This document shows positions 26,796-36,837 of a stretch of DNA of 64,000 nt, piece after piece. Source of the stretch: Bacillota bacterium (lineage in GTDB: Bacteria > Bacillota > Clostridia > Christensenellales > CAG-314); contig JAEWZT010000002.1 in the NCBI GenBank assembly GCA_023458375.1, forward strand, positions 72,463 through 136,462, read 5' to 3'. Under the pieces are notes generated by a model. The model did not search any database and had not been told where the DNA came from. It was given only the letters and a program-made list of their open reading frames with translations. The first letter of the stretch is position 1. Every line of letters starts with the position of its first letter. The position numbers were made by a program, and so were the translations under genes.

Positions 26796-27779
26796 ATGCA
26801 ATTCTTCGTTTTAGTATTAGGGCTTGTCGTTATAATTAAAAGTGCCGACATTTTAATTGATTCATCATCAAAAATAGCGCACAGATACGGCGTTTCAACT
26901 TTTATTATAGGAATAACGGTCATCGCTTTCGGAACTAGCGCACCCGAACTTGCGGTAGGCATTATATCGGGAATAACCCGCACAAACGGGCTGTCTCTTG
27001 GAAATATCATAGGCAGCTTTATGTCAAATATGGCGCTTATAGTAGGGGTGGCATCGGTAATTATACCTCTTAAAATAAAAGAATCGGTATTAAAGCGTGA
27101 ATTGCCTATATTATTTTCAGTGGAAATTACATTAGGCGCAATGATGTTCCTTGATGGAAGGCTTTCAAGGATTGAAGGCTTTGCTCTTACCGCGCTTTTC
27201 ATATTGTTTATGATTTATATTGTGACTGACGCAAAAAGAAAGACGGCAACTGAATCAATTGTAGAAGTCAACGAGAGCGGCGGTGAAATTGAGTTTGATT
27301 TAGAAATGAGAGGCACCGGTAAAATAAGCCAAATATCTAAATTATGGCTGTCTTGCATCTTAGCTTTATCGGGTCTATTTTTGGGCGGAAAAATTACCGT
27401 GGAAAGCAGCACAAAAATTGCGGAGAGTTTCGGTCTTAGCGAAACTCTTATCGGTATTACAGTTGTAGCTATTGCAACCACAATGCCCGAACTAATTACC
27501 AGCATTATCGCGGCAAGAAAAAAAGAGCACGAAATCGTGTTGGGTAATTGTATAGGCAGTAATATATTTAATATACTGCTTGTTTTGGGAGTATCCTCTG
27601 CAATAACACCTATTGCGGTTGAGGGAAATCTTCTTTTTGATTTTATCGTAATGATATCGCTTACCCTATTTGTTTTCTTCGTGGCATTATTTAGAAAGAA
27701 AATCAGGCGGGGCGTGGGCATATTTTTACTCGCGGCATACGTTTCTTATCTTGCCGTAAAGGTTATTTCAGCTTTATAG
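26796..27779 (+). CDS. calcium/sodium (CaCA family, YrbG-like) antiporter
   Basis: 327 aa with two homologous halves, each carrying an alpha-repeat (GTSAPEL, and ATTMPELITS...GNCIGSNIFN). Confidence 0.85.
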   Translation: MQFFVLVLGLVVIIKSADILIDSSSKIAHRYGVSTFIIGITVIAFGTSAPELAVGIISGITRTNGLSLGNIIGSFMSNMALIVGVASVIIPLKIKESVLKRELPILFSVEITLGAMMFLDGRLSRIEGFALTALFILFMIYIVTDAKRKTATESIVEVNESGGEIEFDLEMRGTGKISQISKLWLSCILALSGLFLGGKITVESSTKIAESFGLSETLIGITVVAIATTMPELITSIIAARKKEHEIVLGNCIGSNIFNILLVLGVSSAITPIAVEGNLLFDFIVMISLTLFVFFVALFRKKIRRGVGIFLLAAYVSYLAVKVISAL

Positions 27780-27854
27780 CGTTAACTTATTTCTTGCGCG
27801 CTTTATGTTTGCAATTTTGCCTCGGCAAAACCTTCATGAAACAAAAGTTATAAA

Positions 27855-27890
27855 AAGAAAAAAACCGCCTAGAAGAGCGGTTTTTTTTCT
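27855..27890. terminator. bidirectional terminator between convergent genes
   Basis: AACCGC...GCGGTT short hairpin flanked by an A-run (27856-27864) and a T-run (27881-27888). Confidence 0.55.
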
Positions 27891-27913
27891 TTATTGAAAG
27901 TTTATACTTATGC

Positions 27914-28510
27914 TTATTCCTCCAAATATTTTGACGCTCTGTTGTGCTTTATGGCGGCGATTGCCCTGCCTATGGCAAAATCGTCCTTTTCCAAATCGCA
28001 AGTTAAGGTAGTGCCGCAAGCTATGTAGCAGCCCTCTTCTATTTTTAAAGGCGCAATTAAATTGCAGTTGCTGCCTATAAAACAGTTGTCCCCCACCGTC
28101 GTTTTGTGCTTTTTCTTTCCGTCGTAGTTTACAAAGACGACGCCGCAGCCCACGTTGCAGTTTTTTCCGACGGCGGCATCGCCTATATAAGCTAAATGAG
28201 CCGCTTTGGAAAAATCGCCCAAGCTGCTTTTTTTCATTTCCACAAAGTTGCCTACGCGGCAATTTTTGCCTACGGCGCTGTGCTCCCTTAAATGCGCGTT
28301 GGGACCGACGGTGGTATTTTGCCCTACCGTGCTGTCGGTAATTCTGCTGGCGCGTATGTGCGCCCCCTCTTCTATTACGGCGTTGTCAAGGTAGGAAAAA
28401 CTTTCTATAACGGCGCCTTTTTTAATTACGCTTTTTCCCTTTATTATGACAAAGGGCATAACCAGCGCGCCTTCTTCAACAATAACGCCCTCCTCAATAT
28501 TTTCCGGCAT
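27914..28510 (-). CDS. left-handed beta-helix acetyltransferase equivalent to the C-terminal half of GlmU only
   Basis: 198 aa. Hexapeptide repeats align with the GlmU acetyltransferase domain (VGPNAHLR, GNFVEMKKS, KAAHLAYIGDA, VNYDGKKKHKT, IGSNCNLIAPL). It has its own GGGAG RBS, and no uridyltransferase domain lies upstream. Confidence 0.8.
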   Translation of the reverse strand: MPENIEEGVIVEEGALVMPFVIIKGKSVIKKGAVIESFSYLDNAVIEEGAHIRASRITDSTVGQNTTVGPNAHLREHSAVGKNCRVGNFVEMKKSSLGDFSKAAHLAYIGDAAVGKNCNVGCGVVFVNYDGKKKHKTTVGDNCFIGSNCNLIAPLKIEEGCYIACGTTLTCDLEKDDFAIGRAIAAIKHNRASKYLEE

Positions 28511-28713
28511 AATAAAACTCCCTTAAAAAAGATAAGTTATTTTATGCGGAAGTTTCCCTTTAAGTGAATATTTACCAAGCTTAGTTAAAACAAAGGTTTA
28601 CATGAAGTTAATTTTAAAACTTTTGCAAGCTAAAAAAGCGTTTTTCAAAAATGTAGGAAGCTTTTTTTAGGAATAAACAAGGACGCGGTCAAACAAAGTT
28701 TAAAAGGTTTTAT

Positions 28714-30963
28714 TTAGCCGTTGATAATTCTTGCCGCAATTACCGTTACGTCGTCGGCAGGCGCGTCAGAGCAGCGCGCCATAGCTTCGGCAAGCATGGT
28801 TTCGGAAATAAGCTGCGCGTTTGTCAAGGTATTCTGTTCAAGCAAATAAGCTATTTCGTTTTTGTCGGCAAAACAGTCGGAAAAACCGTCGGAATACATT
28901 ACGATAACGTCGCCCGCCGTCATAATTTTTTTAGTCGTTACGGGTTTTATCTGTTCAAGCACGCCCAAAGGCAGGCTGCCGCCCTGTATAAAGCTTACGC
29001 CCCCCTTTGTTTTTACCACCGAATGAGGGCACCCCAGCTTAATAAAGTCGGTGTTGCCGTTATTTAAATTGAGCGCGCATACGTCAAGCGCCGAAAAACT
29101 TTCCTCGCTGTTAGCCGATAAAAGTTTGTTTACCGAAGAAAGCACAATTTCGCTGTCAAAGTCTGCTTTATAAAAGTTTTCCACCAAAGAAATCGCCGTG
29201 CTGCTTGTGCTTCTCGCCTTTTCCCCGCTTCCCATACCGTCGCAAAGCGCGAGCAAAATCTTGTTTCCGTTAAGGCGCAAAAAGGAATGGGTGTCGCCGC
29301 TTTCGCCGCTGCTTTGCTTTATCCGCTGGCAAAAGCCCAAGGTAATATTGTATTTGGGCTTAGGAAGAAAAAACAGTATGCGCCAAAGCCCGTCGGGGGT
29401 ATTTTCGCATTTGGACAGTTCAAGCTGCCTGCCCATAATCCTGTTCATAACGGGCAGTATAACGCCCTTTTCGGCGTCTTTTGCCGCGACGGTTAAAGTA
29501 ATTAAAGGTTCGTCCTTTTCTTCGCAGACGACGACTTCCTTTACCAAAACGGAAAGAAAGGTAAGCTCTTCAAGCGCTTTTTTCTCTTTTTCCCTGTCAA
29601 AAGTAAGCTTGTTTTTACATTTGTTGGAAAGCTCCATCATCACCGTTGAAATACCGCCCAGCTGTTCGGCGAGCAAAAGCTTGCCGGTGTTTTGGTTTGT
29701 AACGGAGCCGTAATAGGCTTTGTAGCTTGTAATTTCCTTATTGGCGGCGGCAAGCAGCGTGGAAATACGCATACAGTCTGACGCCAAGCCGTCGGGCACG
29801 TCAATTACAGTTGCCTTTCCCTTATCAAGCCCCGCCGAAATAAGCTGGGCGAGGTTTTCGTCTGTTGTAACGCTTTTTTCGCGCCAGCACCTTGCCCTTT
29901 CGGGGCAGTCGCGGCAGACGGCGTCGGACACCTGCCGCGAAAGCTGCGCCACGGCGTTTTGCGGCGAAAGTATTTGCCCCATTAGCGATTTATACGTTAT
30001 CTGCATTTGGTAAAACACGTCGGAAAGTTCAAAAAGCTTGTTGGCAATTTGACCGCGCAGCCTGTTTACAATAGGCTCAACCCCCGCGCTAACTTGGCTT
30101 TTGCCGCAAAGCGCGTTGATTTTTTTGAGTAGCCCGTTGGGTATGACGCAAAAGGCAAGGCACCCCGCAAAGGTGGGGACAAGCAAAAGATAATGCCCCG
30201 TGCCGTAAAGGTTGAAAAAATACAGCAAACAAAGCTGAAAAAGCAAAATGGCAAGCGCCGAAACGTATCTTGACAGCGGGCGGAAAGACACCGCCGCAAA
30301 GGCAAAAAGGGCATAGGCACAAACGGAAAGGGGCGAAAGCGTCGCCAAAAGCGCCCCCGCGCCCAGGCATACCGCCGCGGCGTAGCTTGACGACGGGGAA
30401 TTTACTTCAAGCATAAACAAAATAGCAAAGGGGGCGACTGCGTCTAAAACGGAAAGAGAAGATATTGTTAGGGGCGCAAGGCTTCTTGCAAGCGCCGCGA
30501 CAAACACCGCAAGGCACAGCGCCTCGTCGGTGCCAAGCCTGTATGTAAGCCCCCTGACATAAAGGGCGCGCAGCACATAAACGCACACAAAGGAAAAACC
30601 CGCCGAAAGGGCGAGGTTTATTACCCTTTGAAAAACTTCCTCTCCGTTCCATTTCCAAACAAAAGGAAAAATACCCGCTGAAATTATGTAAAGTATTAAA
30701 AGCCATTTATTTATACGTTTTTTAAACTTGGCGTGAAGCGCTATGGCTGCTGAAATAACCGCCCCCTGCACAATCGCCACTATTACGGAATCTATGCCGA
30801 AAAAAACGGAGGATAATAAAAAAGCGGCAAGGGGCGCCCAAAGCCCCACGCAGTAAGCGCCCCCGACAAAAAGCCCCATTGCAAGGTATTCGCCCCCATG
30901 GCTTGTGCGCAAAAGTAAAGATAAGATAAGCGCCGCGGCGCCGTAAATCAGTTTTTTCTTCAT
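28714..30963 (-). CDS. spoIIE: stage II sporulation protein E (PP2C phosphatase)
   Basis: 749 aa with about 10 N-terminal TM helices, a central domain and a C-terminal PP2C-like domain (LALCDGMGSGEKA ... MYSDGFSD ... DDVTVIAARI). Confidence 0.9.
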   Translation of the reverse strand: MKKKLIYGAAALILSLLLRTSHGGEYLAMGLFVGGAYCVGLWAPLAAFLLSSVFFGIDSVIVAIVQGAVISAAIALHAKFKKRINKWLLILYIISAGIFPFVWKWNGEEVFQRVINLALSAGFSFVCVYVLRALYVRGLTYRLGTDEALCLAVFVAALARSLAPLTISSLSVLDAVAPFAILFMLEVNSPSSSYAAAVCLGAGALLATLSPLSVCAYALFAFAAVSFRPLSRYVSALAILLFQLCLLYFFNLYGTGHYLLLVPTFAGCLAFCVIPNGLLKKINALCGKSQVSAGVEPIVNRLRGQIANKLFELSDVFYQMQITYKSLMGQILSPQNAVAQLSRQVSDAVCRDCPERARCWREKSVTTDENLAQLISAGLDKGKATVIDVPDGLASDCMRISTLLAAANKEITSYKAYYGSVTNQNTGKLLLAEQLGGISTVMMELSNKCKNKLTFDREKEKKALEELTFLSVLVKEVVVCEEKDEPLITLTVAAKDAEKGVILPVMNRIMGRQLELSKCENTPDGLWRILFFLPKPKYNITLGFCQRIKQSSGESGDTHSFLRLNGNKILLALCDGMGSGEKARSTSSTAISLVENFYKADFDSEIVLSSVNKLLSANSEESFSALDVCALNLNNGNTDFIKLGCPHSVVKTKGGVSFIQGGSLPLGVLEQIKPVTTKKIMTAGDVIVMYSDGFSDCFADKNEIAYLLEQNTLTNAQLISETMLAEAMARCSDAPADDVTVIAARIING

Positions 30964-31066
30964 ATAATAAAAGCCCTTATGCCCAAAATTATAAAAAGGA
31001 AGGGCGATTGTTTTTTGCCGAGGTTAATAAGAATATTTGTTATTTTGTCCTTTTTGTCTTCTGCGC

Positions 31067-31095
31067 TTGTCAATCAAAGGCAAAAAATGTAAGAT
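31067..31095 (+). promoter_or_regulatory. sigma-A type promoter abutting the ATG of the MFS gene
   Basis: TTGTCA (31067-31072), 17 nt, TAAGAT (31090-31095), then 6 nt to the ATG at 31102. There is no SD. Confidence 0.55.
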
Positions 31096-31101
31096 AGCGT
31101 T

Positions 31102-32634
31102 ATGTATACCTTAGTTTTGGTGCTTGTATATTTAACGGCAATCAATTTGGGCTTGCCCGACAGCCTTTTGGGCGTTTCTTGGCCTTTGCTTCACTCCGAG
31201 TTGGGCGTAAACACTTCCTCTTTGGGGATTATTACTTTATGCGTTACGGGCTTTTCTATTTTAATGTCTTTTTTTAGCGGAAAAATTATCAAGGCGCTGG
31301 GGCACGGAAAAGTCATAGCTTTTTCCGTTACGCTTACGGGCAGCGCGCTTTTAGCAATCAGTTTTACAAGCAATTTATTTTTCCTCATACTTTTTTCCAT
31401 TCCTTTGGGTATGGGGGGCGGCGCTATTGACGCGGCTATGAACGACTATGTCGCCAGAAATTATTCCTCACGGCAGATGAACTTTTTGCACTGCTTTTGG
31501 GGCGTGGGCGCGACGGCGGGTCCTATTCTAATGTCCGCGCTTTTGGCGGTAAGCAGTTGGCGGTGGGGATACAGAATTATCGCGGCGGTGCAGGCGGTCA
31601 GCGCCCTTATACTGTTTTTGTGTATGCCCTTGTGGAACAAAAGCGAAAAACTAAGGCAGCTGCCGCTTAATGCTATTTTTAAAGAACAAAGGCGGGGCGA
31701 AAACGAAAACGCGCAGGAAAACGGAAAAGCTTCTCTTGAAACTAGCGGCGGCAAAGAGGAATTACTTGAAGAACACGGGACGGAAACAGACGCGGTTGGC
31801 GGCGTTAAAAGCGGCTGTTCTCAAAATACACAGGCTGAGCAAGGCAAAAAGTATCAAAACGACAAAAAATCTCAAACCTTACAAGAGCAAAACGGGCTAG
31901 GCTGTCCAAAAGCGCAAGACGCTCATTCTGTTCAAAGCGATTTAGGGCAAATAAAAGGCGAAAAACAAGACTTCCTTGACGGCTTTAACGGCAAACAAGA
32001 GATAAAGGAAGAAGAAGATAGCGCGACTTCAAGCGCAAAGAATAAGGCGGCGTTTAGAACTAACGCGTTTTTTGCGGCATTTAAACAAAAAGGTGTGGTG
32101 CTTTCCCTGTTTTCCTTTTTCTTTTACTGCGGCATTGAAAGCTCGGTGGGCAACTGGGGCGCGACTTACCTTGTATCAAGCGCAAGTTTAACCCCTCAAA
32201 TCGCGGCAAGAGTAATTTCCTTTTATTATATGGGCATAACGGCGGGGCGGCTGCTTTCGGCGTTTGTTTCCGACAAAACGGGGGACAAGCCTTTAATAAC
32301 GGGCGGGCTGTTAATGCTTTTTTGCGGCGTGTTGCTTTCGGCGGTTTTCAAAAACGCCGCCGTAAACATTGCGGGTTATCTTTTAATAGGGCTGGGGCTT
32401 GCGCCCATTTTTCCTTCAATGGTTCACCTTACTCCTTCGCGCTTTGACAAAAAGTATTCCGCCGATATCATAGGCTACCAAATCGCTTTCGCGGGAATAG
32501 GCATAGGCGTTCTTCCCCCTTTGACGGGTTTTGTTTTAAGCGTTTTAAGCTTTACCTACTTTCCCTATGCTTTGGCGCTTTTTTGCGTTGTGCTGACCGC
32601 GCTTCAACTTATTCTCAACAAAAAAACCTCGTAA
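31102..32634 (+). CDS. MFS transporter with a long low-complexity central loop
   Basis: 510 aa organised as 6+6 TM. About 150 aa of E/K/Q/G-rich hydrophilic loop lies between the halves (roughly residues 180-330). Confidence 0.8.
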   Translation: MYTLVLVLVYLTAINLGLPDSLLGVSWPLLHSELGVNTSSLGIITLCVTGFSILMSFFSGKIIKALGHGKVIAFSVTLTGSALLAISFTSNLFFLILFSIPLGMGGGAIDAAMNDYVARNYSSRQMNFLHCFWGVGATAGPILMSALLAVSSWRWGYRIIAAVQAVSALILFLCMPLWNKSEKLRQLPLNAIFKEQRRGENENAQENGKASLETSGGKEELLEEHGTETDAVGGVKSGCSQNTQAEQGKKYQNDKKSQTLQEQNGLGCPKAQDAHSVQSDLGQIKGEKQDFLDGFNGKQEIKEEEDSATSSAKNKAAFRTNAFFAAFKQKGVVLSLFSFFFYCGIESSVGNWGATYLVSSASLTPQIAARVISFYYMGITAGRLLSAFVSDKTGDKPLITGGLLMLFCGVLLSAVFKNAAVNIAGYLLIGLGLAPIFPSMVHLTPSRFDKKYSADIIGYQIAFAGIGIGVLPPLTGFVLSVLSFTYFPYALALFCVVLTALQLILNKKTS

Positions 32635-32865
32635 AAGTTTAACTTTTTAGCTTTACAATTATTTGACCGCGCCGCATTGAGCATAACTGTTTAGAAATAA
32701 CCGTGTTGAGCCCGCTAGAATTATAAACGCTTACCAAGCGGGCGGTTTGCCCTGCGGACCTTAAAGCCTTTGGCGTCCTCGGGGTTACTTAAAGCCATTG
32801 GAACAGTCATCGCTTGCATACTGCCGTTTAAAAATCCGTTAAAAGCGGCGTTGTCATTGTTTTTA

Positions 32866-32938
32866 CTCGGCTAATCGTAAACATGCCGCTAAGGAACAAT
32901 TTAATTTTACAAAAAATCGGCGCAATTTTATTAAAACC
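32866..32938. repeat. imperfect direct repeat, copy 1 (about 73 bp)
   Basis: CTCGGCTAATCGTAAACATGCCGCTAAGGAACAATTTAATTTTAC... matches copy 2 at most positions. Confidence 0.75.
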
Positions 32939-32976
32939 TACGCCAAGTTGAGCTATAACTGTTTGCTAAGCCGGCG

Positions 32977-33046
32977 CTCGGCTAATAGCAAACATGCCTC
33001 TAAGAGGCAATTTAATTTTAAAAATACGGCTAAGTTTTATTTAAGG
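32977..33046. repeat. imperfect direct repeat, copy 2
   Basis: CTCGGCTAATAGCAAACATGCCTCTAAGAGGCAATTTAATTTTAA... A second shared motif, TTGAGC(T)ATAACTGTTT, occurs at 32677 and 32948. Confidence 0.75.
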
Positions 33047-33404
33047 CACACTCCGCATTTTTTTATTGCCTAGATTTAAAATTATTGTAAAGAAAAAATA
33101 AAATTAAAATAAAATCGGAAAAAATAGAAAGTCTAATTTATATAGCGCAAGAAGATTATATTTAACCTTTGGGAGCAGATACATAGAGATTTTGTAAGCG
33201 CCCTTGCAGGTTTTTCCGCATAGCCCGCGCCTTCCGCTACTTTTAGGAGAATGTGCGGCTAAACCTTATAAGTTTTTTCAATCCGCGCGGGTAAAATTCC
33301 GCCCCATAAACACCGTCGGCGAAATTATCAGTTTAAATACTCTCAACGGCAAAGTTATCCATTCTAAAATCTCAACGGCAAAACTTACCGCGCCTATAAG
33401 CAAA

Positions 33405-33430
33405 AGAGAGGTCTTTCCCCTCTCTTTTTG
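33405..33430 (+). terminator. orphan Rho-independent terminator in a noncoding region
   Basis: AGAGAGG (33405-33411) pairs with CCTCTCT (33419-33425), then TTTTT. No annotated plus-strand gene lies upstream. Confidence 0.6.
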
Positions 33431-33507
33431 ATTTGGCTAATAAGTTTTTAAAAGAAAATAAATTAAGTCTTGCACACTTTGTTAAGATTCTTTAATCGGC
33501 AAAAAAA

Positions 33508-34086
33508 CTAAATATCCTTATATACTTCGTCGGTGGAGGTTTTTTCGTTATAGCGCCTTTGAATTTCCACCTGCGCCTGCGAAAGGGTGTTTTGCTGGGC
33601 GCGCCCGTAGAGCAAAATCCTTGAAAACAGCAAAAGAGCAAGCCCAATAAAGATGTCGGCAAAGGACAGGCTGTAAGCAAACGTTCCCGAGCTTATCAGG
33701 TTGCCTATCGTAAGCACTAAGGGCAGCACAATGGCGCTTATTATTAAAATATAAGCCGCCGTGTCAATTTTTTTTGCGTTTTCGCCGTTAAAGATTTCCA
33801 AGTCGTTGATATTCCTCAAAACCTTGCGCAGCATAAAAAATACCGTGATATATACCGCTACGGTAACTAGCGCGTAAACGAAATAAAGGGGCAGAATGTG
33901 CATAACGTTGCCCAAAACCGCGCCGTATCCGCTTTCTTCAAGCATCGCTATAAACTGGGCGTTTCCGCTCATAAATAAGCCTACTATTAAGCCCAAAGCG
34001 CCTATAAACATAAGCACTAACGCTATGGTGCAAATCACGCTTAGCGCCCTTGAAAAACCCCTTATTTGGCTGATTTCTTTTTGCAT
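33508..34086 (-). CDS. small polytopic membrane protein (DUF2975-like)
   Basis: 192 aa with 4 predicted TM segments and AAGGAG RBS. The family assignment is by resemblance only. Confidence 0.45.
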   Translation of the reverse strand: MQKEISQIRGFSRALSVICTIALVLMFIGALGLIVGLFMSGNAQFIAMLEESGYGAVLGNVMHILPLYFVYALVTVAVYITVFFMLRKVLRNINDLEIFNGENAKKIDTAAYILIISAIVLPLVLTIGNLISSGTFAYSLSFADIFIGLALLLFSRILLYGRAQQNTLSQAQVEIQRRYNEKTSTDEVYKDI

Positions 34087-34190
34087 AAATATTCTCCTTA
34101 AATATCTTTTGTTTAACGCGTAAAAGCAGATTGCTTTATGCCGTCAATTATCAATAGTTTAAACGCTTTTTCAATAAAAAACCCAAACGA

Positions 34191-34219
34191 TTGACAAAGA
34201 ATTGCAAAGAGTTTAGAAT
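34191..34219 (+). promoter_or_regulatory. sigma-A type promoter of leuS
   Basis: TTGACA (34191-34196), 17 nt, TAGAAT (34214-34219). Confidence 0.7.
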
Positions 34220-34250
34220 TATTAACACTAATCGGGGGAAAACAAAGACT

Positions 34251-36680
34251 ATGGACTACAAAGCGGTGGGAAAAAAATGGAATAAGATTTGGCAGGAGAG
34301 CAGGCTCTACAAGTTCAACAGGCAAAATATTGCCAATAAAAAATACGTTTTAGAGATGTTTTCTTACCCCAGCGGCGACAAACTTCACGTGGGGCATTGG
34401 TATAACTATGCCTTAACGGACAGTTACGCGCGCTTTTTGCGCCTCAAAGGTTACGAAGTTTTTCAGCCTATGGGCTTTGACGCGTTCGGGCTTCCCGCGG
34501 AAAACTATGCCATAAAGACGGGTATTCACCCCAAAGACAGCACGGAACACAATGTGTCTGTAATGGAGCGCCAGCTTAAAGAGATAGGCGCCATGTTTGA
34601 CTGGGACTACGAGGTGGTTACCTGCCGCGAGGACTATTATAAATGGACGCAGTGGCTGTTTTTGCAGTTATATAAAAAAGGTTTAGCTTACCGCAAAAAC
34701 GCGCCGGTCAACTGGTGCCCCTCATGCAATACCGTTTTGGCAAACGAGCAGGTGGTTGACGGCAGATGCGAGCGCTGCGAAAGCGAAGTTTGCCGCAAAA
34801 ACTTAACGCAGTGGTTTTTTAAAATCACCGACTACGCGGAAGAACTTTTAGACCGCCTTCCCTCCCTCGACTGGCCTGAAAAAACAAAGCTGATGCAGAC
34901 CAACTGGATAGGCAAAAGCCAGGGCGCGGAAATTACCTTTAACGTGGAAAACTCCAAACATTCCTTTAATGTATTTACCACAAGGGCGGACACTCTTTTT
35001 GGCTGTTCTTACTGCGTGCTTGCGCCCGAACACCCCTTGGTGGACAAAATTACCGTTGCGGCGCAAAAAGAAGAGGTGGAAAACTACAAGCTTGCCGCCT
35101 CAAAGGCAAACGAAATTGAGCGCCTAAACACCGCCAAAGAAAAGACGGGCGTCTTTACGGGCGCATATGCAATTAATCCCGCCAACGGTCAAAAAGTCGG
35201 CGTTTGGATAGGCGACTACGTGCTTTACACCTACGGCACGGGAGCCATTATGGCTGTGCCCGCCCATGACGAGCGCGACTTCCTGTTTGCTCAAAAGCAC
35301 GGCTTAGAAATTAAACAGGTAATAAAAAATAACGGAACGGAAACCCCTCTGCCCTTTTGCGAATATGGCGTTTTGGTCAACAGCGGCGAGTTTGACGGTA
35401 TACCCTCAAAAGAAGCCATTACAAAAATCACGCAAAAGTTAGAGGAAAAGGGCAAAGGCAAGCTTGTTACAAATTACCGTCTGCGCGACTGGCTGGTCAG
35501 CCGCCAAAGATACTGGGGGGCGCCTATTCCTATAATTTACTGCGATAAATGCGGAACCGTGCCCGTGCCCCAAGAACAGCTTCCCGTTTCTCTTCCCTAC
35601 GGCGTAAACTTTACGCCCGACGGCACAAGCCCGCTGGCGAAAGATAAAGGTTTTGCAAATACCCTTTGCCCTAAGTGCGGCGGCAAGGCGAAGCGTGAAG
35701 TTGACACTCTTGACACCTTTGTGTGCAGTAGCTGGTATTACCTACGTTACCCCGACAACAAAAACGAAAAAGAGCCTTTTGACAAAGAATGGATAAATAA
35801 AATGCTTCCCGTTGACAAATATGTGGGAGGCCCAGAACACGCCTGCATGCACCTGCTTTACGCGCGCTTTATTACAAAGGCTTTGCGCGATATGGGCTAC
35901 CTCAGCTTTGACGAACCCTTTACTTCCTTAGTCCATCAAGGCATAATTTTAGGACCCGACGGAAACAGAATGAGCAAATCGCACGGCAACGTTATTTCGC
36001 CCGACCCCTATATTGAGCAATACGGCAGCGACATATTCAGGGTTTACCTTGCCTTTGCCTTTAAGTATATCGAGGGCGGTCCGTGGAGCGACGAGGGCAT
36101 AAAAGCAATTTCCCGCTGGCTTGAAAGGGTGGAAAGAACGGTAAAGGAAGCTTACGCCGCAAGGGAAAACAAGGCGCAAAGCTATGGGGACAAAGAGCTT
36201 AAATACTGGCGCGCAAACACCCTTAAACAGGCGGAATGCGACATGTGGACTTTGTCTTACAACACCGCCATCGCCCGAATGATGGAACTTACAAACGCCT
36301 TAAACAGATACTTTTTGTTAGGGAGCGAAAACATCAACGGAAAATTGGCATTCGACACGTCTTGCGACCTGCTAAAAATACTTTCGCCTTTCGCGCCGCA
36401 TATCGCCGAAGAACTGTGGGAGTATTGCGGTATGCCCTATTCTATTTTTAATACAAGCTACCCATCCTGCGAGGAAAAGGATTTAACGCGCGACAAAGTG
36501 GAATACGCCTTGCAAATCAACAGCAAAATCCGCTGCCGCATAGAATTGGACGCTTCGCTTTCCGTTGCGGAAATAGAAAAAGCCGCATTAGACAGCGCCG
36601 CCGCGAAGGAAGCGCTTGAAGGCAAAAGCGTTAAAAAGGTCATAGTTATCCCCAACAGGCTGGTAAATATTATAATTTAA
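34251..36680 (+). CDS. leuS: leucine--tRNA ligase
   Basis: HVGH (HIGH-type) and KMSKS motifs, plus a Cys-rich CP1 zinc module. The start is revised to the ATG at 34251 (GGGGGA RBS), because the track start at 34191 lies inside the promoter. Confidence 0.95.
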   Translation: MDYKAVGKKWNKIWQESRLYKFNRQNIANKKYVLEMFSYPSGDKLHVGHWYNYALTDSYARFLRLKGYEVFQPMGFDAFGLPAENYAIKTGIHPKDSTEHNVSVMERQLKEIGAMFDWDYEVVTCREDYYKWTQWLFLQLYKKGLAYRKNAPVNWCPSCNTVLANEQVVDGRCERCESEVCRKNLTQWFFKITDYAEELLDRLPSLDWPEKTKLMQTNWIGKSQGAEITFNVENSKHSFNVFTTRADTLFGCSYCVLAPEHPLVDKITVAAQKEEVENYKLAASKANEIERLNTAKEKTGVFTGAYAINPANGQKVGVWIGDYVLYTYGTGAIMAVPAHDERDFLFAQKHGLEIKQVIKNNGTETPLPFCEYGVLVNSGEFDGIPSKEAITKITQKLEEKGKGKLVTNYRLRDWLVSRQRYWGAPIPIIYCDKCGTVPVPQEQLPVSLPYGVNFTPDGTSPLAKDKGFANTLCPKCGGKAKREVDTLDTFVCSSWYYLRYPDNKNEKEPFDKEWINKMLPVDKYVGGPEHACMHLLYARFITKALRDMGYLSFDEPFTSLVHQGIILGPDGNRMSKSHGNVISPDPYIEQYGSDIFRVYLAFAFKYIEGGPWSDEGIKAISRWLERVERTVKEAYAARENKAQSYGDKELKYWRANTLKQAECDMWTLSYNTAIARMMELTNALNRYFLLGSENINGKLAFDTSCDLLKILSPFAPHIAEELWEYCGMPYSIFNTSYPSCEEKDLTRDKVEYALQINSKIRCRIELDASLSVAEIEKAALDSAAAKEALEGKSVKKVIVIPNRLVNIII

Positions 36681-36765
36681 AGGGTATGCGTTAAAGGCAT
36701 TGCGTTTGCCTTTTCCGCCTTTAAGTTACTTCGTTTTAAAGTATTACTGAGTATTATACAGTGTA

Positions 36766-36797
36766 AGCGGTCAAAAATATTTGACCGCTTTTTTTCG
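36766..36797 (+). terminator. Rho-independent terminator of leuS
   Basis: AGCGGTCAA (36766-36774) pairs with TTGACCGCT (36781-36789), followed by a T-run. Confidence 0.8.
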
Positions 36798-36798
36798 C

Positions 36799-36827
36799 TT
36801 TACTTTGCGTTTGTTAAATGCTATCCT
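36799..36827 (+). promoter_or_regulatory. candidate promoter with a very short leader for the MFS gene
   Basis: TTTACT, 17 nt, TGcTATCCT (36822-36827), 10 nt before the ATG at 36838. There is no SD. Confidence 0.35.
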
Positions 36828-36837
36828 TTACGGTGCT

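Noticed and set aside
31040-31075. Spo0A boxes in the spoIIE upstream region (three TTGTC repeats at about 31045, 31055 and 31067)
   Set aside because: The repeats lack the CGAA half of the TGTCGAA 0A-box consensus, and the third copy is better explained as the -35 (TTGTCA) of the divergent MFS promoter.
34087-34250. Possible T-box leader upstream of leuS
   Set aside because: A clean TTGACA-17-TAGAAT promoter at 34191-34219 leaves only about 25 nt before the ATG. There is no room for a T-box, and no specifier, T-box or terminator elements are seen.
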